A stretch of DNA of 18,829 nt. It comes from Chthoniobacteraceae bacterium (GTDB taxonomy: Bacteria > Verrucomicrobiota > Verrucomicrobiia > Chthoniobacterales > Chthoniobacteraceae). Position 1 is the stretch's first letter, and every line of letters begins with the position of its first letter. Location of the stretch: the NCBI GenBank assembly GCA_031409655.1, contig JANNXQ010000005.1, forward strand, positions 1-18,829. Direction: 5' to 3'. A program made the position numbers and the translations under genes. Below the pieces are notes generated by a model. That model had not been told where the DNA came from. It saw nothing but the letters and a program-made list of their open reading frames with translations, and made no database searches. Shown piece by piece: positions 7,448 through 16,011 of this stretch.

Positions 7448-9226
7448 ATGACTTTTCAAATCGCCCTCATGCTCGCCGCGTTGCTCGCCGCCGTCGTGCT
7501 CTTCTCCCTCGAGTGGTTCACCGCGGATACCATCGCGCTCGGGCTGCTGGTGATGCTTGTGCTCACGGGGCTGCTGCCGGTCGAGCGCGCGTTCGATGGC
7601 TTCGGCAGCGATACGGTCATCGTCATCCTCGCGTTGCTCATCCTCACGGCGGCGCTCACGCGCACAGGGATGATCGACATCGTCGGGCGCGCGATCCTCC
7701 GGCGCACGGGCGACAATCCCGAACGGTTGCTCGCCGTGGTCATGGTCGGCTCGGCGACCATCGGCGCTTTCATGAGCAATACAGCGGCGACGGCGTTCTT
7801 CGTGCCGATCGTCATCGGGATCGCGCAGCGCGCTGGCTTTTCCGCGTCGAAGCTGCTGCTGCCGCTGGCCTTCGCGGGCATCCTGAGCAGCTCGGTTTCG
7901 CTGATCAGCACTTCGTCGAATCTCGTGATCAGCGGGCTGATGACGCAGAAGGGCCTCGCGCCAATGGGCATGTTCGAACTCGCGCCGGTTGGCATCCCGA
8001 TCACCGTCGCCGGCCTGCTCTACATGTATTTCATCGGGCGAAAACTCACGCCGGATCGCGGCGGCGGCGCAGGCTTGATCGAGCAGTTCGGCGTCGCGCC
8101 GTTTCTCACCGAGGCGTTGATCCCGCCTGACTCTCCGCTCGTCGGGAAAACGCTCGGCGAGACGAAATTCGGCAGCGACCTCGACCTCACCGTGCTCGAA
8201 ATCATCCGCGACAAGGATCGCCATTTCGCGCCGCGCACCACGATGAAACTGGCCGCGGGCGACGTGCTCCTCGTCGAAGGCCGGCCGGATGAAATCCTCA
8301 AGATCAAGGGAACCGACGGCGTGGAGATCAAAGCCGACGTGAAGCTGGCGGACCCCGATCTTCAGGACGACGAGATGGGCCTCGTCGAGGCGATCCTCAT
8401 GCCAGGCTCGCCGCTCATTGGGCGGACGTTGAAGGGCGCGCGCTTCCGTGAGCGCTACGGCCTGCAGGTGATCGGCATGAACCGCCGCGGGACCAATCTG
8501 CGCACCAAGTTGAGCACCGTGTCGCTACGGATGGGCGATGTCCTGCTCGTACAGGGGCCGCGCGTGCATGTCGCCGCGCTCAACGACGACCACACCTTCC
8601 GCGTCCTCGGCTCGCTCGAGGAAAAGCTCCCGCGGGGCCGGCGCGCGATAATCGCCGGCGCGATCTTCGCCGCCGCGATCCTGCTCGGCACTTTCAAGAT
8701 CGTGCCGCTCTCGATCGCGTTCCTCGCGGGCTGCGTGCTCGTCTTCGCGACGCGCTGCATCACGCCGGAGGAAGCGTATCGCGAAGTCGAGTGGCGCGTG
8801 CTCATCCTCATCGCCAGCATGCTCGGCTTCGGCGTCGCAATGGAGCACACCGGCACCGCGAACTACCTCGCCGGCCTGCTGCTCCGCCTGGCCGGCGACT
8901 CCAATCCGCTCTGGCTGCTCACCGGCTTCTTCTTCCTCACCGTCGCGCTCACGCAGCCCATGTCGAACCAGGCCGCCGCCGCCGTGATCCTGCCCATCGC
9001 GATCCAGACCGCCCAGAGCGCCGGCCTGAATCCGCGCACCTTTGCCATGATGGTCGCCGTCGCCGCGAGCACCTCCTACCTCACGCCGCTGGAGCCCTCC
9101 TGCATGATGGTCTTCGGCCCCGGCCGCTATCGTTTCGCAGATTTTGTGAAAGTCGGCGCGCTCCTGACGGTCATCGTCTTCGCCCTGGCCATCCTGCTCG
9201 TCCCGCGCTTCTGGCCACTGCGGTAA
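7448..9226 (+). CDS. SLC13/DASS-family permease with two TrkA-C domains (YfbS-like)
   Basis: Hydrophobic N- and C-terminal halves with motifs FMSNTAA, ISTSSNL, PMSNQAAA, YLTPLE...GPGRYRFADF. Central TrkA-C repeats DSPLVGKTL and GSPLIGRTL. Confidence 0.94.
   Translation: MTFQIALMLAALLAAVVLFSLEWFTADTIALGLLVMLVLTGLLPVERAFDGFGSDTVIVILALLILTAALTRTGMIDIVGRAILRRTGDNPERLLAVVMVGSATIGAFMSNTAATAFFVPIVIGIAQRAGFSASKLLLPLAFAGILSSSVSLISTSSNLVISGLMTQKGLAPMGMFELAPVGIPITVAGLLYMYFIGRKLTPDRGGGAGLIEQFGVAPFLTEALIPPDSPLVGKTLGETKFGSDLDLTVLEIIRDKDRHFAPRTTMKLAAGDVLLVEGRPDEILKIKGTDGVEIKADVKLADPDLQDDEMGLVEAILMPGSPLIGRTLKGARFRERYGLQVIGMNRRGTNLRTKLSTVSLRMGDVLLVQGPRVHVAALNDDHTFRVLGSLEEKLPRGRRAIIAGAIFAAAILLGTFKIVPLSIAFLAGCVLVFATRCITPEEAYREVEWRVLILIASMLGFGVAMEHTGTANYLAGLLLRLAGDSNPLWLLTGFFFLTVALTQPMSNQAAAAVILPIAIQTAQSAGLNPRTFAMMVAVAASTSYLTPLEPSCMMVFGPGRYRFADFVKVGALLTVIVFALAILLVPRFWPLR
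8906..9226 (+). repeat. Direct repeat copy 1 (3' end of the SLC13 permease gene)
   Basis: Aligns without gaps to 13682-14002; 15 differences in 321 nt by manual count. Confidence 0.97.
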
Positions 9227-9291
9227 GTTTTCGGCACAGGCCCAGGAGACGGAAAAGCGCGAACCCCGGCGCAGCTGCGAACTTTCTGTCT

Positions 9292-9411
9292 ATGAAAAGC
9301 GCAAACTCTGACCATTCCACGAGCGGGAAAATCGGCTGGGCCTTACTTTGGCTCATCGGCGTGCCGGTGCCCGTGTTGCTCGTATTCTTCCTCCTGCGCG
9401 GCTGCACATAG
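9292..9411 (+). CDS. 39-aa single-TM micro-protein, copy 1 (MKSANSDHSTSGKIGWALLWLIGVPVPVLLVFFLLRGCT)
   Basis: Near-identical second copy at 16012-16131 with the same length, start and stop positions and only conservative or synonymous changes. Confidence 0.82.
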   Translation: MKSANSDHSTSGKIGWALLWLIGVPVPVLLVFFLLRGCT

Positions 9412-9912
9412 ACGATGAAGGGCGAAGCGCGTGACGCGCAACGGCTCCTGCCATTCGCGATTGGAGCTTGTGTGATAATTAACGACCCTTCCTCTCGCTT
9501 TCGAGACCATCGGAAAAACCGACGATCAATAGGTGAACGGTGCGCTGGGCGGGCGCGTAACGGAGCCGTTACCGCTAGTTATGTGTTTTGAAGATCGATG
9601 GAGGACGTTTTGTCGTGCCCTGTCAGACACAACCTTCACCGGGTATCGGTCGGAGCCCTAAATAAGTTCGGAGAGGGGGTTAAAGATGTGCCGGTATCAG
9701 CCCGGCCTGCATCTTTCAGGAATAGCGCGGCATTCGCCCCAGATGGCGGAACCCCGCCGCATCAAAAACAAAACAGAAAGCAAGCAAGGCCGGACCCCCG
9801 ACGGCACCCGATGTAATTCTGCCAGGCACAGCACAACAAACCAGAAAACGAAAAGCAGACCATGAATCCTTAAGCCCGTGCCCTCTCGCCCGCGCCTAAC
9901 CCCGCAGTTCCT

Positions 9913-12561
9913 ATGAAAACTCCTAAACGCCGTTCCTCGCCGAACTTCATTCTTCGGCTTTGCCAAACTTGGACGCTGCTAGCGGGCGCTTTCCTCATCG
10001 TCGGCGCGGCGGAAGTCCGCGCCGCCAGTGCGCTTTCCTTCGATGGCGCAAACGACTACGTCACCTTCGGCTCGGCGCCGGGACTGGGCACCGGAACGTT
10101 CACGGTTGAGACGTGGTTCAAGCGCACAGGAACCGGCATGGCCGCGAGCACTGGCACGGGAGGAGTGAGCGCGATCCCGCTGGTGGCCAAGGGCAGGGCG
10201 GAAGCCGATGGGACCACCCAGGACATGAATTATTTCCTCGGCATCCGCGCGGCGGACAACGTGCTGTGCGCGGATTTTGAGGAGGGTGCGGGCGGCGTCA
10301 GTCCGGGGCTGAATCATCCGGTTGCGGGCGTGACGCCGATTGCGAACAATGTGTGGTATCACGCCGCGGCTACTTACGACGGGACGAAGTGGCAGCTCTT
10401 TCTCAATGGCGCGCTCGAGGCCGAATTGGTGGTCGGCCGGCCGCCCCGCGCGGACAGCATCCAGCACGCGGCGCTCGGCTCCGCGCTCAATTCCACCGGC
10501 GTGGCGGCGGGCTATTTGGCCGGCGTGCTCGATGAAATCCGGATTTGGAATTACGCGCGCACGGCTGCGGACATTGCGGCGAACAAGAACGCGGAGATTC
10601 TCAATGCCACGGGCTTGCTCGGGCGCTGGGGCTTGAACGAAGGCAGCGGCACGGTCGCGGGCGACAGCGCGGGAAGTGTGATCAACGGCACGCTCCTGAA
10701 TGGTCCGCTCTGGGTCGCCGGATTCCAGCAGGCAGGCACGCCGGTCGTCACGCGTGGGCCGTATTTGCAGACCGGCACGCCGGCGAGCGTGATCGTGCGC
10801 TGGCGCACCGATCTCGCGACCGACAGCCGGGTTCGCTTCGGCACCAGCGCTGCGAACTTGAATCTCACCGCCGACAACGGCACCGCGGCCACCGAGCACC
10901 AAGTGCAGCTCACCGGGCTCACCGCGGACACGCAATACTTCTACTCGATTGGCTCGACCACCGCGACGCTGGCGGCTGGCGCGGACTTCTCACTCTTCAC
11001 CGCGCCTCCCGTCGGCACCGCGCAGCCGACGCGCATCTGGGTGCTCGGCGATTCGGGCACGGCGGATGCCAACGCGGCGGCGGTGCGCAACGGCTACACC
11101 AGCTTCGCCGCGGGCCGCTACACTGACGTCTGGCTGATGCTCGGCGACAATGCTTACAACAGCGGCACCGACGCGGAATTTCAGTCCGCGGTTTTTAACA
11201 TGTATCCGACGTATCTGCGGCAATCGGTGCTCTGGTCGGCGATCGGAAATCATGAGACGGCGCAATCGACCAATCCGCCGCTGACGATTCCGTATTTCCA
11301 AATCTTCAACTTCCCGACGAACGGCGAGGCCGGCGGCATGCCATCGGGCACGGAGAAGTATTATTCTTTCGATTACGGGCGGATTCACTTCATCGCGCTG
11401 GACTCGATGACTTCGAGCCGCCAGCCGGGAAGCCCGATGCTCACTTGGCTGCAGGCCGATCTCGAATCGACCGCGCAGGACTGGCTCATCGCGTTCTGGC
11501 ATCATCCGCCTTACACGAAAGGCTCGCATAATTCGGACACCGAGTCCGCTCTGATCGAGATGCGGCAGAACGCGCTGCCGATCCTTGAGGCGGGCGGCGT
11601 CGATCTCGTCCTCGCCGGCCACAGCCATTGCTACGAGCGCTCGTATTTGATCAACGGCCACTACGCACTCTCCACCACCTTCTCGAGCGCGAATGTGATC
11701 GACGGCGGCAGCGGTCGGGAGGGTGGCACCGGCGTTTACAGCAAGCCGGCAGGCTTGCCCGCGAATCAAGGTGCCGTCTATGCCGTGGCGGGAAATGGCG
11801 GCAAGCTCACGACGAGCTGGGTCGGTGGCAGCACGGCGGAGTTCAACCCGACGCCGCACCCCGCAATGTTCTATTCCGCCCGGCACCTCGGCTCGCTCGT
11901 GCTCGACGTGGATGGCAATCGGCTCGATGCAAAAATGATCCGCGAGACTGGCGCGCTGGATGATTACTTCACGATCGTCAAAAACGTGCCGAACACGCCG
12001 CCGAGCGTCAGCATCTCCAGCCCGGCCAATGGCGCGACTTTTCCCGCGCCCGCAACGATCACCGTCACCGCGAACGCCAGCGACACCGACGGCTTGGTCG
12101 CGCAGGTGGACTTTTACGCGGGCAACACTCTCCTCGGCACCGCAACGACCGCGCCTTTCAGCGTGACCTGGAGCAATGTGACCGCGGGCAGCTACCCGCT
12201 CACCGCAGCGGCGACGGATAATCTGGGGGCGACGACGGCTTCCGCCGCGGTGAACATCACGGTCAATCCGCCGCCGCCAGCGACTCCATCGGCGCCCACG
12301 AATCTGACGGCGGCAGCCATCTCGCCGACGCAGATCACTCTCACGTGGGCGGACAACTCTGGAAACGAGGATGGCTTCCAAATCGAGCGCGGGATCAGCG
12401 CGAACTCCTTTGCCCAGATCGCGGTCGTCGGTGAAAATGTGACGAGCTTTGCGAACACGGGCGTGGCCCCGAACAAGAAATACTACTACCGTGTTCGTGC
12501 GTATAACGCCGCCGGTGCCTCACCCTACTCGAATACCGCCAGCGCCAGGACGCCGAGGTGA
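9913..12561 (+). CDS. Secreted multidomain purple-acid-phosphatase-like metallophosphoesterase (LamG - FN3-like - MPP - Ig-like - FN3)
   Basis: Signal peptide; LamG motifs ALSFDGANDYV, WYHAAATYDG, GVLDEIRIWNYART; metallophosphoesterase motifs GDSG, GDNAY, GNHE, WHHPPY, GHSH; Ig-like NTPPSVSISSPANG...ATDNLG; C-terminal FN3 YYYRVRAYN. Confidence 0.93.
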   Translation: MKTPKRRSSPNFILRLCQTWTLLAGAFLIVGAAEVRAASALSFDGANDYVTFGSAPGLGTGTFTVETWFKRTGTGMAASTGTGGVSAIPLVAKGRAEADGTTQDMNYFLGIRAADNVLCADFEEGAGGVSPGLNHPVAGVTPIANNVWYHAAATYDGTKWQLFLNGALEAELVVGRPPRADSIQHAALGSALNSTGVAAGYLAGVLDEIRIWNYARTAADIAANKNAEILNATGLLGRWGLNEGSGTVAGDSAGSVINGTLLNGPLWVAGFQQAGTPVVTRGPYLQTGTPASVIVRWRTDLATDSRVRFGTSAANLNLTADNGTAATEHQVQLTGLTADTQYFYSIGSTTATLAAGADFSLFTAPPVGTAQPTRIWVLGDSGTADANAAAVRNGYTSFAAGRYTDVWLMLGDNAYNSGTDAEFQSAVFNMYPTYLRQSVLWSAIGNHETAQSTNPPLTIPYFQIFNFPTNGEAGGMPSGTEKYYSFDYGRIHFIALDSMTSSRQPGSPMLTWLQADLESTAQDWLIAFWHHPPYTKGSHNSDTESALIEMRQNALPILEAGGVDLVLAGHSHCYERSYLINGHYALSTTFSSANVIDGGSGREGGTGVYSKPAGLPANQGAVYAVAGNGGKLTTSWVGGSTAEFNPTPHPAMFYSARHLGSLVLDVDGNRLDAKMIRETGALDDYFTIVKNVPNTPPSVSISSPANGATFPAPATITVTANASDTDGLVAQVDFYAGNTLLGTATTAPFSVTWSNVTAGSYPLTAAATDNLGATTASAAVNITVNPPPPATPSAPTNLTAAAISPTQITLTWADNSGNEDGFQIERGISANSFAQIAVVGENVTSFANTGVAPNKKYYYRVRAYNAAGASPYSNTASARTPR

Positions 12562-13454
12562 TGACTGCGCTGCGCGAACGGCGGACGACGCCCGCCGACT
12601 GGTCTGCGGGCTGCGTGGCGTTTGGCATGTGGGTGGTGCTGACGGCCTCAGCGTTCGCGCACGGCGACCTTCACGAACAGATCGCAAACGTGACCGAGCA
12701 GGTTCAGAAAAGTCCCGAGAGTGCGGAGCTGGTTCTCAAACGGGCCGAACTCCACCGCGTCCACGCAGACTGGCCGGCTGCGGCGGCCGACTACGACCGC
12801 GCCGCGCAGCTCGCGCCCGGTCTGCTTGTGGTTCATCTCGGACGCGGCAGGATGCTCCTCTCGCAAGGCCGCTTCGAAGAGGCGAAAGCGGAACTGGATC
12901 AATTTGTCGCCGGGAATCCCGGGCATGTTGACGGCTTTGTCACGCGCGCCCGCATCGAGGTGAAACGCGGGAAACCACTCGCCGGCGCTGAAGATTTCGC
13001 GCGCGCCATTGCGCTCTCCGCGCGGCCTGAGCCCGAGGTTTACCTCGAGCGCGCACAGGCGCTCGTCGCAGCCGGCGGTGAGCATGTGGCCGAAGCTCTG
13101 CGCTGCCTCGATGACGGAACGGCAAAGCTCGGAAACTTGCCGACGCTCGGCCTCTACGCCATCGAGCTGGAGGTGAAGCGCGAGGAGTTCGACTCCGCCC
13201 TCTCACGTCTCGAACGCCTGAGCGCCGTCTCACCCCGCAAGGAAGCCTGGTTCGAGCGCCGCGGCGACATTTTGTTGCTCGCTAACCGCCTGGACCCGGC
13301 GCAGCAGGCATATCGCCAGGCGCTCGCCGCGATGGCGGCTCTGCCCTCGCGTGCCCGCGAAACCAAGGCGACGGCGGAGCTTCAAGAACGTCTCATCGGA
13401 AAGCTGGCTAACATGGCCACCGCCGCGCACGCTGAAAAACCGGCCGCTCCATAA
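12558..13454 (+). CDS. Exported tetratricopeptide-repeat protein
   Basis: Signal peptide ending ASAFA-HGDLHEQI. Repeated TPR-like helices (AAADYDRAAQLAP, AEDFARAIALS, AQQAYRQAL). Start (GTG 12558 or ATG 12561) overlaps the phosphatase stop. Confidence 0.88.
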   Translation: MMTALRERRTTPADWSAGCVAFGMWVVLTASAFAHGDLHEQIANVTEQVQKSPESAELVLKRAELHRVHADWPAAAADYDRAAQLAPGLLVVHLGRGRMLLSQGRFEEAKAELDQFVAGNPGHVDGFVTRARIEVKRGKPLAGAEDFARAIALSARPEPEVYLERAQALVAAGGEHVAEALRCLDDGTAKLGNLPTLGLYAIELEVKREEFDSALSRLERLSAVSPRKEAWFERRGDILLLANRLDPAQQAYRQALAAMAALPSRARETKATAELQERLIGKLANMATAAHAEKPAAP

Positions 13455-13492
13455 GTATCGAACCGCTGCAAGCTCGATAGACCGCACGGGGG

Positions 13493-14002
13493 GTGGCCCG
13501 TGCTCGGATCGGTGCGGCGCAGGCATCGAGCTTCCGGCCCGCCACGCGGCACGCGCACGGCACGTTCGAGACGCTCGACCTCACGCCTTTCAAATCGCTC
13601 CTCGCGTCCGGCCGCAACGTCCTCGCCATCGAACTCCACCTCGCCAGCACCACCGACACCGACGCCTACTTCGACGCCGACCCGCTCTGGCTGCTCGCCG
13701 GCTTCTTCTTTCTCACCGTCGCGCTCACGCAGCCCATGTCGAACCAGGCCGCCGCCGCCGTCATCCTACCCATCGCGATCCAGACCGCGCAAAGCGCCGG
13801 CCTGAACCCGCGCACCTTTGCGATGATGGTCGCCGTCGCCGCGAGCACCTCCTACCTCACGCCGCTGGAGCCCTCCTGCATGATGGTCTTCGGTCCCGGG
13901 CGCTATCGGTTCGCGGATTTTGTGAAAGTCGGCGCGCTCCTGACGGTGATCGTCTTCGCCCTGGCCATCCTGCTCGTCCCGCACTTCTGGCCACTGCGGT
14001 GA
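13493..14002 (+). pseudogene. Chimeric remnant: beta-sandwich domain fragment fused in frame to a duplicate permease 3' end
   Basis: About 13540-13681 encodes FETLDLTPFKSLLASGRNVLAIELH...DAYFDA, the tail of a jelly-roll-like domain. 13682-14002 encodes the last 106 aa of the permease. No convincing start. Confidence 0.8.
13682..14002 (+). repeat. Direct repeat copy 2 (displaced permease 3' end)
   Basis: Offset 4776 nt from copy 1; about 95% identical. Confidence 0.97.
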
Positions 14003-14003
14003 G

Positions 14004-14030
14004 GCATCCGCGCGCATGACCCGATGCGAA
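14004..14030 (+). promoter_or_regulatory. Putative alternative-sigma promoter GCATCC-N16-GCGAA
   Basis: GCATCC 14004-14009, 16-nt spacer, GCGAA 14026-14030, upstream of the ATG at 14054. Confidence 0.5.
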
Positions 14031-14053
14031 ATCATTCCGAATACGAAGCCACC

Positions 14054-15868
14054 ATGACTGCACAGACCATCTCTTCACCTCCGGCGACCGCGGCCCCCGG
14101 CATGGGAGCCATCCCGCTTGAAAAAGGCGTGGCTTTTCGCGTGTGGGCTCCGCACGCGGAGGGTGTGGCAGTCCTCGGCACGTTCAATGATTTCGATGCC
14201 ACCCGGCATCCGCTGTCCTCGGAGGGCAACGGCTATTGGTCTGCGGAGGTCGAGTCGGCCAAGGCAGGCGACGAATATAAGTTCGAGATCAGGAACGGAG
14301 AGCAGCGGCTCTCCCGCATCGATCCCTACGCCCGGCAGGTGACCAACTCCGTGGGCAACGGCGTCATCTACCACGATGACTTTGCCTGGGAGGATGACGA
14401 TTTCCGCATGCCATCGTGGAATGAAATCGTGATCTACGAACTGCACATCGGCACCTTTGCGCGCAGCGCAGATGGCCGGCCGGGAACCTTCGACGACGCC
14501 ATCAAGCGGCTCCGCTATCTGCAGGCGCTTGGGATCAATGCCGTGGAAGTGATGCCCATCGCGGAATTCGCGGGCGACTTATCCTGGGGCTACAACCCCG
14601 CGCACATTTTTTCGGTCGAAACGGCTTACGGCGGGCCCGATGGGTTCAAGCGTTTCGTCAAAGCGGCCCACGCCCTGGGCATCGCGGTCATTCTCGATGT
14701 CGTCTATAACCACTTCGGCCCGTCCGATCTCGATCTCTGGCGTTTTGACGGCTGGAGCGAGAACGACAAAGGCGGCATCTATTTCTACAACGACTGGCGC
14801 TCCGCTACGCCGTGGGGCGACACGCGGCCCGACTATGGCCGCGGCGAAGTCCGCCGCTTCATCCACGACAACGCGATGATGTGGCTCGGCGAGTTTCGCG
14901 CCGATGGCCTGCGCTACGACATGGCGCTCTACATTCGCAGCGTCTCGGGAAACGCCGGCGACGACCTGCACGAGGGCTGGACGCTGATGCAGTGGATCAA
15001 TCGCGACGTGGCGGAGCGCTTTCCGGGAAAGATCACGATCGCGGAGGATTTGCGAAACAACGAGGCGCTCACCGCCCATGAGAACCAGGGCGGCGCAAAT
15101 TTCTCGACGCAGTGGGATCCCGGATTCGTGCATCCGATCCGCGCGGCGGTGATCTCGGCGGATGACGCCCATCGCGACATGTGCGCGGTGCGCGACGCAC
15201 TGCTGCACAGCTTCGGCGGCGATGCCTTCAAGCGCGTGGTCTATACCGAGTCGCACGATGAAGTCGCCAATGGCAAAGCCCGCGTGACCTCGGAAATCAA
15301 CGTCAACGATCCCGAAGGCTGGTATGCCCTGAAACGCTCCACGCTCGGCGCCGGTCTCGTGCTCACCGCACCGGGCATCCCGATGCTCTTCCAAGGCCAG
15401 GCCATGCTGGAAGACGGCTGGTTTCAAGACACCGACGCGATCGACTGGAGCAACGTCCGCAAGTTCTCCGGCGTGACGCGCCTCTATCGCGACCTCATCC
15501 GCCTGCGGCTGAACTCGGACGGCATTTCCCGCGGACTCACGGGTCAGCACGTCAATGTCCATCACGTCAACGACCACGACAAAGTGATCGCGTTTCTGCG
15601 GCACAAGGACGGCGGGCCGAACGACCACACGCTCGTCGTCGCCAACTTCTCCGCGCGAGGTCTGGAACCCTACGAAGTCGGCGTGCCCGTGGCCGGTCGC
15701 TGGGTCGCGCGTTTCAACAGCGACTGGGAAGGCTACCGCGAAGACCTCGGGAATTTCCCCGTGCAGGACGTGGTGGCCACCGCCATCGAACGCGACGGCC
15801 AACCGGCGACCGCTGCCGTTTCGGTGGCCGCCTATTCGCTGAGCATTTACGTCCTGGCTGGTGATTAG
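14054..15868 (+). CDS. GH13 alpha-amylase-family enzyme with CBM48 (glycogen branching enzyme / TreZ-like)
   Basis: FRVWAPHA (CBM48), IYELHIGTF, SWGYNP, DVVYNH, DGLRYD (nucleophile), IAED (acid/base), ESHDE. The ATG at 14054 is preferred because the ATG at 14024 lies inside the promoter motif. Confidence 0.93.
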   Translation: MTAQTISSPPATAAPGMGAIPLEKGVAFRVWAPHAEGVAVLGTFNDFDATRHPLSSEGNGYWSAEVESAKAGDEYKFEIRNGEQRLSRIDPYARQVTNSVGNGVIYHDDFAWEDDDFRMPSWNEIVIYELHIGTFARSADGRPGTFDDAIKRLRYLQALGINAVEVMPIAEFAGDLSWGYNPAHIFSVETAYGGPDGFKRFVKAAHALGIAVILDVVYNHFGPSDLDLWRFDGWSENDKGGIYFYNDWRSATPWGDTRPDYGRGEVRRFIHDNAMMWLGEFRADGLRYDMALYIRSVSGNAGDDLHEGWTLMQWINRDVAERFPGKITIAEDLRNNEALTAHENQGGANFSTQWDPGFVHPIRAAVISADDAHRDMCAVRDALLHSFGGDAFKRVVYTESHDEVANGKARVTSEINVNDPEGWYALKRSTLGAGLVLTAPGIPMLFQGQAMLEDGWFQDTDAIDWSNVRKFSGVTRLYRDLIRLRLNSDGISRGLTGQHVNVHHVNDHDKVIAFLRHKDGGPNDHTLVVANFSARGLEPYEVGVPVAGRWVARFNSDWEGYREDLGNFPVQDVVATAIERDGQPATAAVSVAAYSLSIYVLAGD

Positions 15869-15902
15869 AGCGGTTGCCGAAAGCTGCTTCCGGCAGTGCA
15901 AG

Positions 15903-15925
15903 GTAGCGCAAGCCTCCGGCCTGCG
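15903..15925 (+). repeat. Single GTAG-type REP-like hairpin
   Basis: GTAG followed by CGCAAGCC-TCC-GGCCTGCG (8-bp stem, one mismatch) in an intergenic region. Confidence 0.5.
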
Positions 15926-16011
15926 AGCCGGGAAAGACCCAAGCCGCCCGATCGTGTGAGTCCGTCAAATAGACAAGCGCAAACCCCGGAGGTGCTGCGA
16001 ACTAGCTATGT

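Noticed and set aside
9598..9816. 72-aa ORF in the long intergenic region
   Set aside because: Atypical codon usage, no motif and no supporting initiation context.
10990..12381. 463-aa minus-strand ORF, and similar long overlapping ORFs at 9979-10935, 14579-15901, 6442-7341, 5613-6680 and 16720-17667
   Set aside because: Shadow frames of well-supported genes in high-GC DNA; Arg/Ala-rich with no recognisable motifs.
8906..14002. Integrase- or transposase-driven mobile element
   Set aside because: No recombinase, transposase, tRNA target or terminal inverted repeats in the block. Reported as homology-flanked cargo instead.
15869..15932. GCAAGCCTCCGGCCT and AGCGGTTGCCGA resemble pieces of the c-di-GMP-I riboswitch
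   Set aside because: The pieces are in the wrong order and the GGCAAA..GAAA stem is missing. A GTAG-type REP hairpin explains the sequence better.
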